Assembly: GCA_028280575.1 (NCBI GenBank)
Contig: JANQLN010000010.1
Span: 18,933 to 82,932, forward strand
Source: Clostridia bacterium
GTDB taxonomy: Bacteria; Bacillota; Clostridia; Acetivibrionales; STF1-152
Direction of reading: 5' to 3'
Length of the DNA: 64,000 nucleotides
Every line of letters starts with the position of its first letter. Within the stretch, counting starts at the first letter, position 1. This document shows positions 62,423 to 64,000 of this stretch, in pieces. The notes under the pieces are model-generated. The model did not search any database and was not told the DNA's origin. It saw only the letters and a list, made by a program, of their open reading frames with translations. The translations under genes were made by a program, and so were the position numbers.

Positions 62423-64000
62423 CTATGCCGGAAGACAAATTTCAACTGTAGTTCCCACATTCTGGCTGCTGGTAATACAAATTATACTGCTTTCTCCAAA
62501 CATCAAACGCAATCTTCTGGCAATATTTAAAAGGCCTATGCTCCTTCTGTCTTCCATGGGATTTGGGCCAGATTTTTTCTTCATCAAATCATTGAATCGT
62601 CTCACATCGGACTCCTCCATCCCCTTTCCATTATCTTTTATCCTGATAATGATACGTCCTGCTTCATCCTTATATCCACGTACCTCTACAACTCCTTTTT
62701 GCTTTCTGTTCTCCAATCCATGATATACGGCATTCTCCACAATAGGCTGCAGCACCATTTTGATGATGTTTTCCTTCATCAAGCCTTCATCAATCGATAT
62801 ACCCAGCTTAAATCTCCCGTCGTAGCGTATGGCTATGATATCGAAATAATTCTTAACACATTCCATTTCATCCCTTATGGTAACAATATTATTTCCCTTG
62901 ATAGAATAGCGGAAAATTCTGGCCATGGCCGTTGAAATTTTCACAATCTCCGGTATTCCATGCTCCAGGGCAATACTCCTCATGCATTCCAACGTGTTAT
63001 ACAAAAAATGGGGATTGATCTGGCTTTGTAGTGTTGACAATTCGGCCTTGGTCTTTGCAAGCTCGGCCTGCAGGATTTTGTCTCGGTCCCTGAGAGTTCT
63101 TTGGGTGATAATCTCAATTCTCTCCAGCATTCTATTGATATTCCTGGCAAGTTTCCCAATCTCATTGTTGCTTTGTCTCTTCAGCCGGTATTTTGTATCA
63201 TTTTGGCCCAATTTATCCACTTCCCGGATCAAATTCGAAATAGGGGAAAAGATGCTGCCAATCAAAATCACCCCCAAAGCACATAAAATCAAGATAGAGA
63301 CACCGGCAATTAAGATACCCAGGTTTCTGATGGGGAGCATATCCCTGATCAGGATATCATGGGGAATCAGACAGATGATGTTCCAGCCAACCTTTTCGAT
63401 CGAAACGCTTTTCAGCCAGTATTCATGATTATTGTACAAAATTTTATCCTTTTCCCTGATCCGGCTTTTAGTCAATTCGGAAATAGCATTGAGGTGATTC
63501 ATCATAGCCCTGTCACCCGATATCACATATCCGTCTTTATCTATAATAAGAAGCAGGCTGTCCTCTGGAAGGATATTTTTATCGGCTAGATTCAAAGCAC
63601 TAACATTACACAGGATGATAATCTCCCCCAGCCTGGTCTTATAGGAATCATCGGGCTGAACCGATATGATGGGCATGATATAGGCATAATAAGATTTTCC
63701 TTTAAACTCATCTCGATAGGTGGTGGTATAAAACGCTCCTTGATAGACCTGCCGCCCTAAATCATAGTCTGTAATGATATCTTTGTATATCCTATAATAC
63801 TCGGTATCGGAACTGGATAAAAGCACTTCTCCCCCCAAACCTGTTATCTTTACGCCCGTAACATTGCTATTGGCAGAAGCAATGCTGATAAGTTTCTCTA
63901 CAATAAATGGCCTTAATTGAATCTGTGTAATTGAATTCTTTTCCAAGAGGTACTTTTGTACAATTTGGCTGTAAGATGTTTTGGTAGCTATGTTCTCAAT
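62423..64000 (-). CDS. Sensor histidine kinase, YesM-like; N-terminus beyond the window edge
   Basis: It has a HAMP-like segment, the phospho-His box QINPHFLYNTLECM, and the HATPase motifs IVENAVYHG and IKDNGKGM. The track start at 63946 is a TTG. The frame stays open to position 64000 (upstream residues ...IENIATKTSYSQIVQKYL), and the usual first TM helix is missing, so the gene is truncated by the window. Confidence 0.9.
   Translation of the reverse strand: MENIATKTSYSQIVQKYLLEKNSITQIQLRPFIVEKLISIASANSNVTGVKITGLGGEVLLSSSDTEYYRIYKDIITDYDLGRQVYQGAFYTTTYRDEFKGKSYYAYIMPIISVQPDDSYKTRLGEIIILCNVSALNLADKNILPEDSLLLIIDKDGYVISGDRAMMNHLNAISELTKSRIREKDKILYNNHEYWLKSVSIEKVGWNIICLIPHDILIRDMLPIRNLGILIAGVSILILCALGVILIGSIFSPISNLIREVDKLGQNDTKYRLKRQSNNEIGKLARNINRMLERIEIITQRTLRDRDKILQAELAKTKAELSTLQSQINPHFLYNTLECMRSIALEHGIPEIVKISTAMARIFRYSIKGNNIVTIRDEMECVKNYFDIIAIRYDGRFKLGISIDEGLMKENIIKMVLQPIVENAVYHGLENRKQKGVVEVRGYKDEAGRIIIRIKDNGKGMEESDVRRFNDLMKKKSGPNPMEDRRSIGLLNIARRLRLMFGESSIICITSSQNVGTTVEICLPA

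Noticed and set aside
367-63589. The many 60-200-aa ORFs in the six-frame track lying antisense to, or out of frame within, the large genes. Examples: 859..1068, 2155..2556, 5178..5648, 8450..8851, 12671..13186, 14149..14691, 24355..24960, 36249..36653, 38665..39195, 39646..40116, 62925..63428.
   Set aside because: They are fully nested in longer ORFs that have clear family signatures. They lack Shine-Dalgarno sequences and have low-complexity or Ser/Leu/Phe-rich compositions typical of shadow ORFs in AT-rich genomes.
1-64000. Search for CRISPR arrays, tRNA/rRNA genes, insertion sequences, integrases, toxin-antitoxin pairs or known defence-system genes.
   Set aside because: I saw no regularly spaced direct repeats with unique spacers and no cloverleaf-like or rRNA-like segments. 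No ORF has transposase, recombinase, nuclease-helicase or other defence-type motifs. The only repeat structures are those listed as features.

Overview
64-kb chromosomal window from a low-GC Gram-positive anaerobe. Gene content, GGAGG-type ribosome binding sites and TTGACA/TATAAT promoters look Clostridia-like, but I cannot name the species by eye. I support about 50 protein genes, and I saw no rRNA, tRNA, CRISPR array, transposase, integrase or phage genes. Layout: (1) 1-10.1 kb is minus-strand housekeeping: folC (partial), secA, a small membrane protein, yerC, a GT2/GT21-like glycosyltransferase, the UPF0210/ACT pair and dapL-dapF. (2) 10.1-16.8 kb is a LacI-controlled operon: Gfo/Idh/MocA oxidoreductase, class-III aminotransferase, NagA-like deacetylase, glutamate dehydrogenase. 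It has two matching palindromic operators. (3) 17-31 kb looks like a sulfated-glycan utilisation locus: two signal-less Cys-type sulfatases, a secreted 2xLamG-GH2-like enzyme of about 1380 aa, an Lpl-type ABC importer without an ATPase gene, and a membrane-anchored one-component AraC regulator. (4) 31-41 kb holds an ECF S-component divergent from a MocR regulator whose PLP lysine is replaced by Thr, then SOD, then purK-purE-permease behind an unclassified terminator-containing leader, then a yybP-ykoY (Mn2+) riboswitch in front of a P-type ATPase. (5) 41-54 kb holds a YesM/YesN-type two-component system preceded by a half-size ABC ATPase paralog with every catalytic motif mutated. It is divergent from a CUT2 sugar ABC operon that carries an embedded GHL6-like gene, followed by a VOC/RraA-like/cyclase/2-hydroxyacid-dehydrogenase cluster. 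(6) 54-64 kb holds ygiQ, an AraC regulator, a sortase B fused to a cadherin-like domain, and a second Lpl-type ABC locus with a partial YesM-like kinase. All functional calls rest on reading the supplied translations and my own translations. No database search was possible, so family names are recognition-based. The candidates I consider most worth follow-up are the degenerate-NBD/two-component/ABC module, the deacetylase-aminotransferase-GDH operon, the sulfatase locus, the pur leader, the Lys-less MocR, and an 11-bp phased repeat array upstream of secA.
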